Assembly: GCA_002256025.1 (NCBI GenBank)
Contig: NKIB01009348.1
Location: 1 to 64,000, forward strand
From: Asterionella formosa
Lineage: Eukaryota
Length of the DNA: 64,000 bases
Direction of reading: 5' to 3'
The notes beneath the pieces were generated by a model that had not been told where the DNA came from, did no database searches, and saw only the letters and a list, made by a program, of their open reading frames with translations. The translations under genes were made by a program, and so were the position numbers. Every line of letters starts with the position of its first letter. Position 1 is the stretch's first letter. Shown here piece by piece: positions 12,643 through 25,351 of the stretch.

Positions 12643-13713
12643 TCACTGCATTTGATTCAATTCGTCGCCGTCTCGCTCCTCCAGTGTTGGAAGATCGTCC
12701 ATTGCATCATACTCGTCCAATTTTTCTCGAATGCGTGCGATTGCCAGATTGTCGCCACGCTCCATAGCAATTCGCAAGGCACCTTGTAAGTTGTTGACTA
12801 CAACGCCACGCTCTATATTCTCTTTCACTCGCTGGCTTGTATCTTGTAGCGTGCCCACCGATGAGTACATCGGGAACCGTCGGACAACTTCGCCTTCACT
12901 AATAGTCTCCACTTTAGCCGTTGCCTCTAGCACGAGAGGTGCCTTGTATCGCAAAGCCAGGGCGACGCTTAAGAATGCGCTAGACGTGGCTTCATCGTAG
13001 TTATAGCACACTTCCTTGACCACTGAGTCACTCAAGCCAAGAGAAAAAGATCCCATGTCTCGAATTCGACAGTCCAGTGACAAAGGCTTCATTCGCACTT
13101 CGTCCAGAAATACTTGAGGCAATCGAATCTTTGCCTTTAACCATTCATGTGTTTCTGAGTAAGTTTTACAGTCGACTGGAAGATTTTCTTTGACTCTTGC
13201 AGTAATCTGTTCCGCGACCTCAATCGTTGGGTCTACTTCACACTCCAATACTGCCAGTTTGGATAACGTATCAGGAGGAAGGATCGCACCAGCCATATCT
13301 ACGCCGGCGATGAGTTGTAGGATTGTCAGCGCTTCAGGTGTTGTCGCTCTGAACGCGTCGTCTTTGGAAGTCGTTAGTTGCAAGGGCCAAACCCCAGCTT
13401 CAGGTACCTGCAACATGAGCCAAAAGCCTTGAGGAGAAACCGACACGCCTGCGATCGAGAGTCGACGTATTCGCTGAGGAGGTACTTCTTGGTCGCCAGA
13501 TCTTGCATTTTCGAGACGCGGAAGAGAGAGCTGGCGTGACGTTGATGATGGCATCCGAACAGACGAGGCTCGGTACCGAGGTGCTGAATTGTTCGGCTTC
13601 GTGACCAACATGCTGGCACTGATAGGATCTCCTTGTGTCCAAGCATTTCCTTCATTCACGAGGATGATGATTGGCAGCAATAGGAGGTGCCATCGAAACG
13701 AAGGTGACACCAT
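12643..13713 (-). CDS. Bifunctional nuclease (DUF151/BFN)-like protein with C-terminal UVR motif; predicted plastid-targeted
   Basis: RLSIAGVSVSPQGFWLML and SVALALRYKAPL resemble DUF151 termini; LQGALRIAMERGDNLAIARIREKL resembles a UVR coil. N-terminus LLLLPIIILVNEGNA|W is followed by an S/R-rich transit-like stretch. Confidence 0.7.
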   Translation of the reverse strand: MVSPSFRWHLLLLPIIILVNEGNAWTQGDPISASMLVTKPNNSAPRYRASSVRMPSSTSRQLSLPRLENARSGDQEVPPQRIRRLSIAGVSVSPQGFWLMLQVPEAGVWPLQLTTSKDDAFRATTPEALTILQLIAGVDMAGAILPPDTLSKLAVLECEVDPTIEVAEQITARVKENLPVDCKTYSETHEWLKAKIRLPQVFLDEVRMKPLSLDCRIRDMGSFSLGLSDSVVKEVCYNYDEATSSAFLSVALALRYKAPLVLEATAKVETISEGEVVRRFPMYSSVGTLQDTSQRVKENIERGVVVNNLQGALRIAMERGDNLAIARIREKLDEYDAMDDLPTLEERDGDELNQMQ

Positions 13714-15269
13714 CTTGTCCTTGTCCAGGCTAACACGATGGAGTTTCGGCTGGTGCAATGGAGAAAGTCGACAGACAGTATCATGCACCAAGGAACAGCG
13801 ATCTGTTACGTCATTTCAGCAGAATTAATTTTATTCAACTGAAAAATGTTACATGATCTCAAAATCTGGGGAATGAATTTGTCCTTTAATTAAATTTGCT
13901 TCTGACGCAGGCCACATGATTCACAATTGGTAATTTTTATTTCACCCAAAACCTCTTTTCACTATCAAAACTAAGACTTATTTAGCTTCAATAGAAGTCA
14001 ATGCACAACCAAATCTATTGATTGTTCACAATCATTCATCTTGTATTTTTTTAAACGGAAAATCTTACCTGATTTGACATGAGTTCTTCAAAGAAATTTT
14101 GAAGAAGTCTTCGAAGAAGAATCGCAATCCATGAAGACAGTGCTAGTGATAAAAAGTATGTGGTGTGGGAATTCTCATACATTTCTTCTTCTCTTCATCC
14201 AATGATGGCAAAGCCACTGTCAGCAGTGGTGGCAAACAGAGGAACTAGTGGAGAAGGTAAGCCCATCATTGCAGCTGGTGGTGGTGTTTTCAAAGTTGTC
14301 ACAATCCTTGGCATCATTGTTGTTGCTGGAATGTCCTCTAACAATCCGTCTTCTTTCATAAACTTCCTGAAGAAGTAGGTGCAGCTTGCAATTCCATTTG
14401 GAAAAAAGTGCTATGAAATTATATAGATGGCATGATTAGGAAAAATATGTAAGCAATGGAGTCTTGGTTCTTGTGATGCTGAACTTTGAGTCATTAACAT
14501 GTTCAGGGACAGAGCGCAATTCAGGATTGCTGTATGATAAGATGTCTGCAAATAAAAACCATCATATTCCTATGACGATGTATCATAGGATTATGATCAT
14601 CTGATCATAATTTTTTGTTATATCATCTAATAATTTTGATAAATGCCCTCGTAATTTAAAAAGGAACCCTTTTGATGATGGAAATTTAATTATTATATGT
14701 ATTGTTTCTTCTGTTAGGTTCCTTTATTTAAATTTCTTGGTAGTAAAATAATGTCGTACCAGCTTAAGTAATGTGGTTTGGCTCATCATCCTCGCCAGTC
14801 CTCACTCTGATTCTTGCAACAACAACAAAGCAGCCATGTCGAGAGGAACAAGTGTTTGTGATAAATCTTCATTTGTCGTTCAAGTCATCATATGTTTTCG
14901 ATGAATCATCATCTACAGTGCACAGTATGTTCGTATGCAATCCGTTAAAAGCTTGAAAAGAAAACCAATGATAAACAAATGGCTCATCACACAAGACAAA
15001 TGTTTCCGGCCGGTCTGTCACCAGAGCATCAATCAGTGTTACAACCTCAATCATAGCTAAACAACATCCATTATAGAACAGCATAATCTACTTCTTTGTT
15101 ACATCGTCTCTCTAATGGGACATAATACATTTAGAAACAAAACGCAGCATAGCAGGCGATATGCACAAAGAAGCATGAGACTGTCTATGTATAGTAACAG
15201 AGTGATTCTGGTTTCGTAATTTTCATGTCTCATTAGATTTTCTTTGTCATCGTACTAGTTCCTTACCTT

Positions 15270-15800
15270 TGACAACAGGAGTGTATTCATTGATGTATCT
15301 GGAATGGTTCAATGGATGGCAGCAGTTGGAATTAGACACAAACCTCGACAAAAGCACTACTTTGTAGATGTTCATGATAAGCCAGACACTTTGGCCTATT
15401 GCCCACCAGCCAGTCTATACTGCAATAATGATTGACCCAAACAATGTTGACAAATAGGTACCTACCGGAAAAGGAAGCAATGATGCTATCGGCATCATCA
15501 ATCTATACACAAGCCTGTGCCACAACCTGACGTCGTCAATATAGGTACCTCGACTTCATCAATGAAGAAGTCGATGGGCGGACGAGCAGCATGTGAAGGA
15601 AATCGGGGTTGAGGTTTTCTTGCTGCCATTGTGCTTGGCTGAACTTGCAGATGAAGGCATTGAGTAACCTGGGCCTGTGTGGCGAAAGGATATAGAAACA
15701 TCTGTGACAAGGGAGGTGAGAAAATGTCTAGGAGCAAAAGTTATCATGGCTGCTGAACGCATTCGAAATTTCATATAGACAGTAAATGGTGGCATACAAT
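15270..15800 (+). pseudogene. Degenerate IS630/Tc1-mariner-like DDE transposase
   Basis: Fragments in the expected order: WMAAVGIRHKPRQKHYFVDVHDKPDTLAY (15313-15399, cf. YYVDGHE motif), ELADEGIE* (15641, cf. ELAGEGIEYxWG), ERIRNF and RQ*MVAY (15755-15797). Stops, frameshifts and internal deletion. Confidence 0.65.
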
Positions 15801-16479
15801 GGCTGCTCTTGGCTGACATTTGCCAAGTCAATGTACAAACACAACAAGGGTGCACAAAAGATGGTCCCATTTTAATTTTGATTCGTTTATCCTATACCTT
15901 TGATCATAACACATGGATCATTTGATAAATGGTGTCATTGATGAGAAAATGAAAGATCAAAATTTATTGACAGGAATCAGGATAAATTGATCTTAGAAAT
16001 ATGATCAAATGATCCTAAACACATGAGTATATTCAGTTTTACGCTGTACTATTTTGGCACTCCCATGATAGAAGTAATACCCAGCAAGTATACAGTACTA
16101 CTGGTAGGCCATCTGAATTTTTCGAATGTGTATGATCAATATGTCTATTTTCATAAATGTATGATTGAGACTATTTGCAAAATGGGTGATGACTCCCGTT
16201 TATTAAGGGGCTTAATTAAATCAGCCACTGACTTGTAGGTACAAGAAATGACACAAAACAAATTGAAAAAATTCAACAGGTTGTGGAAAACTATGAACTC
16301 ATCATGCATTGTATATATTTGAATTATGTATAATCAAAATTGATGTTAGTATACACAGGATGTGCCATATAATGACAGTGTTTAAAACTATGCAAATGTT
16401 CAACTTGCTATATATACATTTCAACTTACAAATCTGTATATACTATATATGTATTCATGGCTGAATCATTTGAAATCAT

Positions 16480-16845
16480 GATGTTTTCATGTTCCTTGTC
16501 ATGGATACACTTGTCTTTGCTCCTGATGTTAAGGATCATCACACATGATGACGCTGAAAACGAAAGTGATAATACAATAAATGATACTTGTGACCGGCTT
16601 AGAAGGAATGACTATGGAGAAGGGCGGAATCAATTGATGGTAATTCAAGAGCAAATGCCTTTCATGTTCCTTGTCATGCATACACTTTCTGAAAGGAAGG
16701 ATCTCAAGCAACACATGATGCGAAAAACTGAAGTGACAATACAACACCATGATACACCATGCGGTTCAGAAAGAGGGAATATGATGGAGTAGGGCGTAAT
16801 CAACAAGCTGTGCATAGCATCACGGTTTGTCAAGAGCAAATGCCA
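16480..16845. repeat. Degenerate tandem duplication, ~180-bp unit x2
   Basis: tttcatgttccttgtcatg.atacactt at ~16484 and ~16660; acacatgatg at 16541 and 16711; caagagcaaatgcc at 16646 and 16831. Confidence 0.75.
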
Positions 16846-19773
16846 GGATGATCAATTGCTTGTTGGGATTACAAATACGAAATGACTCGTCCCCTTTCAG
16901 TGATTCATTAGCTTCTTTTCGATTTGGCGGCTGGCCAACCATCAATGTGGACGAAAGAAATCGGTAAGTGCTGCCTATCAGCCATCTTTGGATCAATCCA
17001 CAACTGTTAGAAAAACTGACACGTGTGTGTTGCTTCGTTCAGGATAATGGTAGACAAACAGTATTTGCAAGTTTCAAACAGCAGCATTGGAATCCATTTA
17101 TTGATCGATACTTTCTTATTCAATCTTCAACTGACAAATTATTTTACATAAAAATGCATCTGTTACTTCCTCAATTTGTGGTAAGTGAAGATAGAAGCGA
17201 AATGCACGTTGTTGTATAAGCAAAACATGAACAGCTAACAATGAATTGCACCTTTTTGTTAGTATGATTGGCACAACGAAACAGATTAAATAGGAATGGG
17301 AAAATGCGTGAATGCAAACTCAGATCCATCAGGAATAAAAGGAAAGCAGGGGATCAAGGGCAATGCAACCAGCACTACTACAACAACCTTCAGAATTGGA
17401 TTGGGGGGAAGGTGAAAGCAGCTGAAGCACCAATCATTGCGATGAGAGCATTGTAGAACATTCTGTAGCCACTCAAGAAATATAAACATAGAACCATTCT
17501 TAGCTAAATATAGTTCTAAATTTCGATCCATTTCATCCTATTTTAGACAGTGATATTGATGGGAATTTTGATCATGCTAAGATAGATGTATGACAAAAGT
17601 ATACACATGCATCATAGGCCCATATTTACCTAATTATATGATGCAATGGTATTATAACTATGATAGTATCATTATACTTCAAGCTCGGTAAAATTTTACT
17701 GCATGATCATAATTATATGATACATTGATCATATTTTTGATCGAAAAACTATCATATATGCTGTAAAAATCCTGTGCCACTTAGCGTACAATACCCTTGA
17801 TGCTATATTCATGATAGTTTTTATTTGCAGGTGGAAATTTGCCAGGTGCAGGTGGATACACATGGAAGAATGTTTTTGTCCCATGAGGTGTGTCCACATC
17901 CAACAATCCTCCAATGTTACTACCATTCAAATTAGAGGACAAAGAGCTCTTCACTATAAATGTCCAGCATAGAAATTTAATTAACAAAGATATACTTGAC
18001 AGTTTTGCTCATTGCATCTGCTGCTCCTTGATTCATAACAGTACTAGCTGGCTGCATTGTTATCACTAGCACAAACAACCATAGTGAGCCTTTCAATTTG
18101 TTTCCACAAAACGGCTTGCAAGTCACCATGATGGTACCAGGTAACACCAACATTGGAGGCTCAGCCAGCAGAACAAGGGGGATCATGAAAGGTTAAAATA
18201 TTCGATTCTCGAAGAAAGTGAAGAAATGGAAATTAAAAATTTCTTATATGACACATGGAGCATTTCCTGTCTGCAGATAGGATTCTAATGCCGGGGCACT
18301 TACATCACGTTTTGGCCTTCAGACTTGGGATTTGTATGATAATCCCCTATCTGTTTTCCCATTTTTTTTAAAGAATAGGAGAAATCGGGGCCTCGTTCGT
18401 TAAGCATTTCTTGCGCAGCACCCTCCCACATAAAATTGAACGAATATTTATACACGGTATTCATGTCTGATTCTTGTAAGGAGCGAACGGTCGCCTCCAA
18501 CCATAATTTCAACCATCATTCCAACACCCCATTAGTTTACTGGTACATATACATACAAACCACATACAGCGAAAATACATATGTAGATCAGAATGGCTGA
18601 TGCTACATAGTTACTTAGAGCGTTTGTGACACATACTACTCCTACCGTTCATCATTTTTACCAGTATTACTGGAAGCCAGCCAGGGAAACGATGAACGTC
18701 GATCGGAATCATTGCTTGTGTAAATTTATTCACGTTTACTTCATACATAAATCAATTTTTTACGACGACTTATCGCTCGCTCTCATCAACCCTATATACC
18801 TCAAACGATGCATGCATGGCCAATGATGAAGAATTATTGACAGGAAACATTTCGGGCGCCAGAGGTCTGAGTGTCCAAATTTTTTGCGCGGACAAAACGA
18901 AATATATATGCATATAATCAGCCACGACTATCGTATGGAAAATTGCCAGGCTGGTGTAGATGTACTGTCTAACAAACTGGCATTCTACTCTATGTGGTCG
19001 TACCAGGTAAAAGGTACCAGGTACCTGGTATCAATCCATGGTATCTGGTACTCCGACCAGGGTATAAGTAGCAAATGCACTCGAGATGACTATTTCAATT
19101 AGCTATGTAGTCGGCCGACCGGCCTGTTTTGATGATACTACTCCTCCGGGTTCTCCGGAATTCAAGGGTGACTGCTGCTACATAGAACAAGGTCCAGCTC
19201 TTCCCAACATAGTACTAGGTACCCCGGCACCAGTACCGGTATGCACTGTCCTATTTTCGGTGCCAGTAATGATACATAGAACGACGAGGCATCATGTATT
19301 ACGGAGTATCGGTAACAGTTACGGAGGACATACCTGGTTTCAAATGCGACACCATTAGCTGTGTGACATATCGTATACCGGTATACATATTACACATTTA
19401 CCTGATACGGCTGTGCTTGCCACCAAATTATTGCAGCGGACGAAATATAATACCCGGTAAGCTGATCCGGTGTGCGATGGTCAGCTCTCATCACAGTTTG
19501 CTGTTATGCATTCCCAACAAGACCTTTTTGCGTTGCAAGCGAAAGGCGCGGCAACAAGAGTTGTTTCCTATATCATCATATGGTTATTCCGTCCAGTCTA
19601 ATCTAGGAAGGGCGAATTAATACTCTGGCGAATATTTGCTGCTGCTTTTGGCATCAGTTTTGTGAATCACAATTCCAGATTAACCACAATAATTCGTTTG
19701 GAAGCCATTATTCTAAAAGTAGTTCAGCATCGCAAGCGGCTGCCAAGGTGCGGGATACCTTTCCGCAGCAGCC

Positions 19774-21534
19774 GTGAATATCGTATTGTGTGAACTCAAT
19801 CGCTGTTCCAAAATGTCCGCCAGCGCCAGCCTGCGGAATGTTTTGTCGTCCTCGGTCGAAGGACACATGACTACACGGTGCAACGGCCCTAGTCAAAGCA
19901 AAGATGCTGCTCAAGGACCAAAAATGGCACAGGAGAAAAGGAAGGGTGTTGAAGCGAAGCGGGGCAAGGTGCATACCAGTTCGATGGTCAACCAGAAAGC
20001 GACAACTTCGACTCAGTTTGGGAACAGCACCGAAGAAACGAAGGAAGAAACTGCCTCATCTACAGATGAATCACCAACGAGACCACCTTTTCCGATGCCC
20101 TTTCCGGAACGAACGCCCCTCGAGCGATTAATGGAAAGCGCCTCGCAAGCAGTGGATACATTTGTCAAATCAGCAAGCGCGCAGTCAAAGAAAGTTGGGT
20201 CATTTTCTTTTGTTTCCAAACAAGACGAAGTTGTGGACAGCAACGCCACACCACGAAAAACGACAGACCTCATCTCTGTTTTTCTTGATGATGCCTGCAG
20301 TCCATGTTCACCCTCTGACTTTGACACTGTAGAGAAAACGCGGCGAAGTTCAGCTGGATCAACACCTAGAACTGTCGCCAATGATCTTATTGTCGATCAT
20401 CTCGGTATCGCACCTATGGTCTCACCAGTACAAGATGATGGAGCTCAAGAAGTGCGATTGTCTGAATCTGTTTCGACTCCAGCTTCTCGGCGAAGACAAC
20501 GGTATATGGAGGAACAAGTTCGATTGTCGTCAATTAATGCAACAGACTTAGCTGCCTGTAACGTGCCAATGCAGACACTAACAGTCAAAAACGGCGATAC
20601 TATTGAACTCGAACACAGCATTTCGGAGCTAACGATGAAATCGAGTCACGGAGAGGCCAAATCCAGGTTGGCGGAAAATCGACGAATGGCATATTACGCA
20701 GTCGGAAAGCATCACAAGAATTCTGGGAGGGGCGGTAATCGACGATGCTATTTCACGGGAAAGCTCATCTTGGGAGGGGCGCCTTTTTATGCTGGTAGCG
20801 TACAACAGGGGCTGAGGACACTTGTAGTATTTTGCTTGCCCAGCGCCATTGGACTACCAAAAGGAGTCGAGCTGCGCCGACTCAATAGTTTAGAAAGTTC
20901 ATTTGCGGCCGAACTTGGCAGCTTGCCTGACCGATCTTGCGATTCAGTTGTGACCCGCGAATCCAACTACGGCGTTGCTGCCATGCCACGCATTCTGAAA
21001 CCAGAATCCTTGGTGAAGCGATCGCGAAGTCTTGGCGCGAATTCAACTACTGGAAGCTCATCTCGAATATCTTCTCTAGATGACATGAGCTTGAGCCTTG
21101 AAGAAGACTTGGATCCCAACTGGGGACTTGACCGTGACTTTTTACTCACAGTGCTACCCGAGCCTTCCCAGGATTTACTACGCGACATTTCGAATCGCTA
21201 TCCTGAACAATTTGAAACCCTTCCTATCCAAGTTCGATCGCCTCATTGCTGGCGCCTCTTCATCAAATTTTGCTTTTTTTCTGGTTTACCCATTGCCGAA
21301 GGTGAATTGCACTACAAAGTCAAGGACGAGGTTTCAAGCGAAGTCTTTGGGGAAGAAATTATTCTCAGTCACGAGGTCATGGAGGCAGTCAATGGTGAGT
21401 CTGCTGAGATTTTGAGATTACCGAACTTGAAGACCTTTAGATATCTACGAAAGCACTACACACAGCAAAGTGGAAAGCTCCCCGACGTCGTTTTCAAACG
21501 AACCAGTTGGGAAGTGGTTTTACCTGAGATTTAA
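19774..21534 (+). CDS. Hypothetical protein: disordered N-terminus plus globular C-terminal region
   Basis: 586-codon open frame with structured-looking blocks (GNRRCYFTGKLILGGAPFYAGSVQQGLRTLVVFCLPSA; CWRLFIKFCFFSGLPIAEGELHY). First ATG is at 19813. Confidence 0.85.
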   Translation: MNIVLCELNRCSKMSASASLRNVLSSSVEGHMTTRCNGPSQSKDAAQGPKMAQEKRKGVEAKRGKVHTSSMVNQKATTSTQFGNSTEETKEETASSTDESPTRPPFPMPFPERTPLERLMESASQAVDTFVKSASAQSKKVGSFSFVSKQDEVVDSNATPRKTTDLISVFLDDACSPCSPSDFDTVEKTRRSSAGSTPRTVANDLIVDHLGIAPMVSPVQDDGAQEVRLSESVSTPASRRRQRYMEEQVRLSSINATDLAACNVPMQTLTVKNGDTIELEHSISELTMKSSHGEAKSRLAENRRMAYYAVGKHHKNSGRGGNRRCYFTGKLILGGAPFYAGSVQQGLRTLVVFCLPSAIGLPKGVELRRLNSLESSFAAELGSLPDRSCDSVVTRESNYGVAAMPRILKPESLVKRSRSLGANSTTGSSSRISSLDDMSLSLEEDLDPNWGLDRDFLLTVLPEPSQDLLRDISNRYPEQFETLPIQVRSPHCWRLFIKFCFFSGLPIAEGELHYKVKDEVSSEVFGEEIILSHEVMEAVNGESAEILRLPNLKTFRYLRKHYTQQSGKLPDVVFKRTSWEVVLPEI

Positions 21535-22008
21535 TTTACTCCGAGCAACAGCATTCATTATTTCTGTAAAGGCGAGTGCTAATTGTTATCTAAACCGGTC
21601 GTATGAACACTTTTGTGCTGGACTACCGATAGTTTTGGATTATAATACCAGCAAAGAGATAACCATGCAGCTGTAGGATCGGAAACCTTTGCTTTGCCGA
21701 TAACAACAACTTCATTGAGAGGTTGTACTCCACCAAGGTCTAGCTAGCAGGATGCCTGGTGCCTGTTACCGGGATACTTACTATGCAGTTGTTTTCCGAC
21801 CTGGTAAAACTGAATACAAAATCAAAGGAAATTTATAGCTCAGTTTTCCTTATAGTAAAAGCCGTCGGTCACCGGCGTTTGCACTGGATAGGGAGAAGCC
21901 GGGATGCATGCTCGGCTGGTATTTTTCACCAAACCTTGTGTGTGTCAATGGCACTTTGACAGGGAATAAAACGAATATTTCAGTGCGTTAGTCTGCTGCT
22001 CTGACAAT

Positions 22009-22533
22009 ATGTCGACGCTTGAGATTGAAGTGAATAAATCACATCGTGATTTCAATGCTATGCTACGATTTGACCATCTAGTGCAGGGAACAGATGGCAC
22101 GACTCGATCCCACCAAGAACATGTGTTTTGCACCACAACGCCAGAGATGCGCTCGTACTTTCATGAAAGCAACGAACTTGAAGAGTTTGTGAAGCGCCAT
22201 GTGAACAGTGCTGCCACAAATTCAATACTCTTCTCTAGAACTGGCTGGGACACCCGGAAGAGAATCAAAAAAGAAACGGAAGACAGAATTGAAAAGCGAA
22301 CGTGTACCTTGTGCCTTTTGACGTGTGGGTGTGCTATATGTTGCTGTGGATTATGCGACGCGAACCCAGAGATTTTGAGTGAAGAGCATTTGTTACGTCA
22401 AATAAAGGAGCAATCTGGCAACCATACTGAACCCCAAATATACGCCTTCGTTTCCGTGGAGAGTAAAGGCACAATTCCATTTGTCGAAGCTATTCCCACT
22501 GCACCTGAAAGTGAGCCCGACATTAAGTTGTAG
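22009..22533 (+). CDS. Small cysteine-string protein, possibly Golgin A7/ERF4-like
   Basis: 174-aa ORF with CTLCLLTCGCAICCCGLC flanked by ELEEFVKRHVN and LLRQIKEQ. Family assignment is tentative. Confidence 0.55.
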   Translation: MSTLEIEVNKSHRDFNAMLRFDHLVQGTDGTTRSHQEHVFCTTTPEMRSYFHESNELEEFVKRHVNSAATNSILFSRTGWDTRKRIKKETEDRIEKRTCTLCLLTCGCAICCCGLCDANPEILSEEHLLRQIKEQSGNHTEPQIYAFVSVESKGTIPFVEAIPTAPESEPDIKL

Positions 22534-22985
22534 AAGAGAGAAATGCAGATTTTAAAGGAATGACATTCGACATAGCTTTTTTTCTAGTGAAAATGGTTCC
22601 AGTGAAGGGCCATGATTAACAATCAAAGGAACAACAGTATTTTGCGAGTTTTAGTGTCAAGTCCTAAGTTTCATTCCTGCTGCTGTTATGCCCAGACTCT
22701 TCCCTTGTGGTATGACAAGAAAGCAGAGAGTGTTTTAGATATCAGGAAGGGCAAGCCAGGAAACTTACAGGATAGACAAAATACTCTGTGAAGGGAGGGA
22801 AATATTTATTTCTTATACTAACAAAACAGAAACAGTATTTCACAAATCAAGTAGTGGGTGTGTACATTAAGGAGTTCAGAACTGTCAAAAAGCTTTGTAC
22901 TCCCTTCCTGCAGATGGGTTGTATTTTTTAAGCAATCCCCACCTAGCCATTTTCTTGCTTTTTGTTGAGAACTGTCAGTGTCTAA

Positions 22986-24430
22986 GGGTTGTTCTTATCA
23001 TTTTTGATTTGGTATCATTTTTTTGAAAAAGTATCATGTAATGGCTACCGGTACTTGATTTAAACCGAAAAAATCCATTCTCCACAAAAATAAAAATGAA
23101 ATTGTATCACCAAAAAGTATCACAAAAATTCAACAGTTACGGGCTGGCTACAATCATGTGCATATCCCTCCAGGCTGTTTTGATAATTTTCCAGTACTAA
23201 AACCATGTAGGAAAACTACGCATATTATGCACCAGTAAAGAATATATAGCTGACATACCTGCTAAATTCTTGATTTGGCATGAGTCAACACAGACATACA
23301 AAATCGACTTTACACTTCTTCATACACGTCCGCTTGCCATCATCCCCTTTCAGGTTTAAAAGCAATCAGCATTATGTCATCATGGTCAGTGCACAATGAC
23401 GAACAAGTGGATCAACATTGGACTGAAGGTGCTGTGAATATCAACGATGGCAATGATGATGGTAATGATGTCATCAGTGATCAATTTTTTGATAATGAAA
23501 ACAACCATCAATTCTTTGATTACAATGACCATGATCAATAGTTTATCCTTTGTCATCTGGCTCTGGCTGGAGGCTGAAACAAAAGTTAAGAAGAGGAAGG
23601 CGAAATGGGAGCATGAGAGAATGTCATGGCATTCTCATGTCAAGAAGCTGTGTCATAAGGATACTTTTGAAAAGACTTATAGAATGTCCCTTCGCGCCTT
23701 TAAGAAGTTGGTTTACTTGCTGGAGAGGGCAAATTTTTCGGAGAACCTTGACCAAGATCTGCTTCATTGCAACACCTTTGATGAAAATCACCTGTGGCCT
23801 TTCTCTATCAAGCACAAAGTCATCAGGAAGTATGAGGGAGGAGTCAACAAATCGATTGACTTCAGTATCTGTAGCAAGAGACTGCATTGTATTGTTGAAG
23901 GTGGTGGGTCAATCTTGACATACAGTGGTCTCCACATCAACAGTTGTTGTCTGTGTTTGTGTTACTGGTTTCATATGCGGTTCCATTTGCCTGCCTTGCT
24001 TGTAGTATCTTCAGGGAGATTCCAATCACTGATCTGTTGTAAAAAATACACAAAAACACTTGGGAGTTATAAGATTGCCAATTTAAGTAAGTGGCAAGCA
24101 TAAGTTTCTGTCTGGTGCCATTTAATTGTATCAATGGTGTTGCTTGGATGTACACAGCCAGCATAAAATTGAAGGAATAGTATATGACATTTTTGCAGGC
24201 TTATTTTCGGTTATTTTGTTAGTGACAACGGAAATGATACCTGCGGGAAAACGTCAGTATCACTGATACCGTTTTTGGAGGGGGCAAAAAAAGATATCAA
24301 TTTGTATCAATGATACAAAAAATTGATACCATCAAGTTACCATTGCTGATACCGTGTTTTGATACCAACCGTCACTTTTTGACCGCAATCCGGAAATGAT
24401 ACAGCAAATTCGGAATGATAAGAATGACCC
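22986..24430 (+). mobile_element. Non-autonomous (internally deleted) PIF/Harbinger transposon
   Basis: TAA target duplication at 22983-22985 and 24431-24433. TIRs GGGTTGTTCTTATCATT and (reverse complement) GGGTCATTCTTATCATT. Many subterminal GTATCA/TGATAC motifs. Internal WEHERMSWHSHVKKL...FEKTYRMSLRAFKKLVYLL resembles a Harbinger transposase N-terminus. Confidence 0.9.
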
Positions 24431-24856
24431 TAAGTAACTTTTGGTATCTCTCAGTAATTTTTGCAATTTAGGGGCAAGGTGGATTTTTGCGGCAGTCCAA
24501 TTATAGGTTCGAGCAGGGAAAATTGAGCAATGTCATGAGTAGAATTTTCATAGGGAAGTAAAGAAATCAATAGATGCCACCACATCAAAATGCATGCGCC
24601 ACCGAATACTGGTATATGCATGAAAGCTCCTGCAGGTACAGGTAACTGGCAGGAGGAGGAGCAGGATGCGTCGAAAAATAAAATTGCTCCTCATTTGGGC
24701 AGTGGTAGTAGTTTGGTTGATTTAGGAGGACAGGTTTCACCTATCTTTTGCTACGGTTTAAATGTAGTTTGGATCAATTGAAATACACTGATATGTGGTT
24801 TTTTTCACTTTGGCCAGAAAAGCCCAATTTTGAAGACTTCAGAAAAATTGCATGCA

Positions 24857-25136
24857 TTTCCTGAAAATTGCTGACATTTCCTTTCGCATTTACTTAAGTT
24901 TTCTTACTCTTTCTAACGTTTCCTGAAATTTCCAAAAAGTCAGAGCCCTTTCCTGAAATTCATAGGAATTTCCTGAAAGTCATTGTATTCATATCCTGAG
25001 TGTTTTGTCGTTTTTGCAACTTGAAGAATTCTACTAGTATTTGTTTCGCTGAATCGTTTTATGAATAGAAGAGATTCCCTAGCTATATACGAATAAATAA
25101 GCCCCCATCCGGCGACATGTTGTCCATTTCAGGAAA
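24857..25136. repeat. Cluster of TTTCCTGAAA motifs (transposon subterminal-like)
   Basis: Direct copies at 24857, 24919, 24949 and 24969; inverted copy TTTCAGGAAA at 25127. Confidence 0.7.
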
Positions 25137-25351
25137 ATAACCGCAACGCACTTGCTGGTTGTTCGATTCAACTCGAAAGCTAGCAGAACTTAAGCAATAT
25201 GACATAAAATCTGATTTGAACCTCTGCTCCTTATATGTAGAATGACACCTTTTGTCACAAATTTCTGATAATTTACATACCTGAAACGATCCATCTGTAG
25301 CTGAACATGTAGCGCTTCACTATGTGTGTACGAGCAGCTACACTGAACATT

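Noticed and set aside
23447..24103. 218-aa ORF as a functional gene
   Set aside because: It lies inside the Harbinger element, only a short part is transposase-like, and no DDE core is visible.
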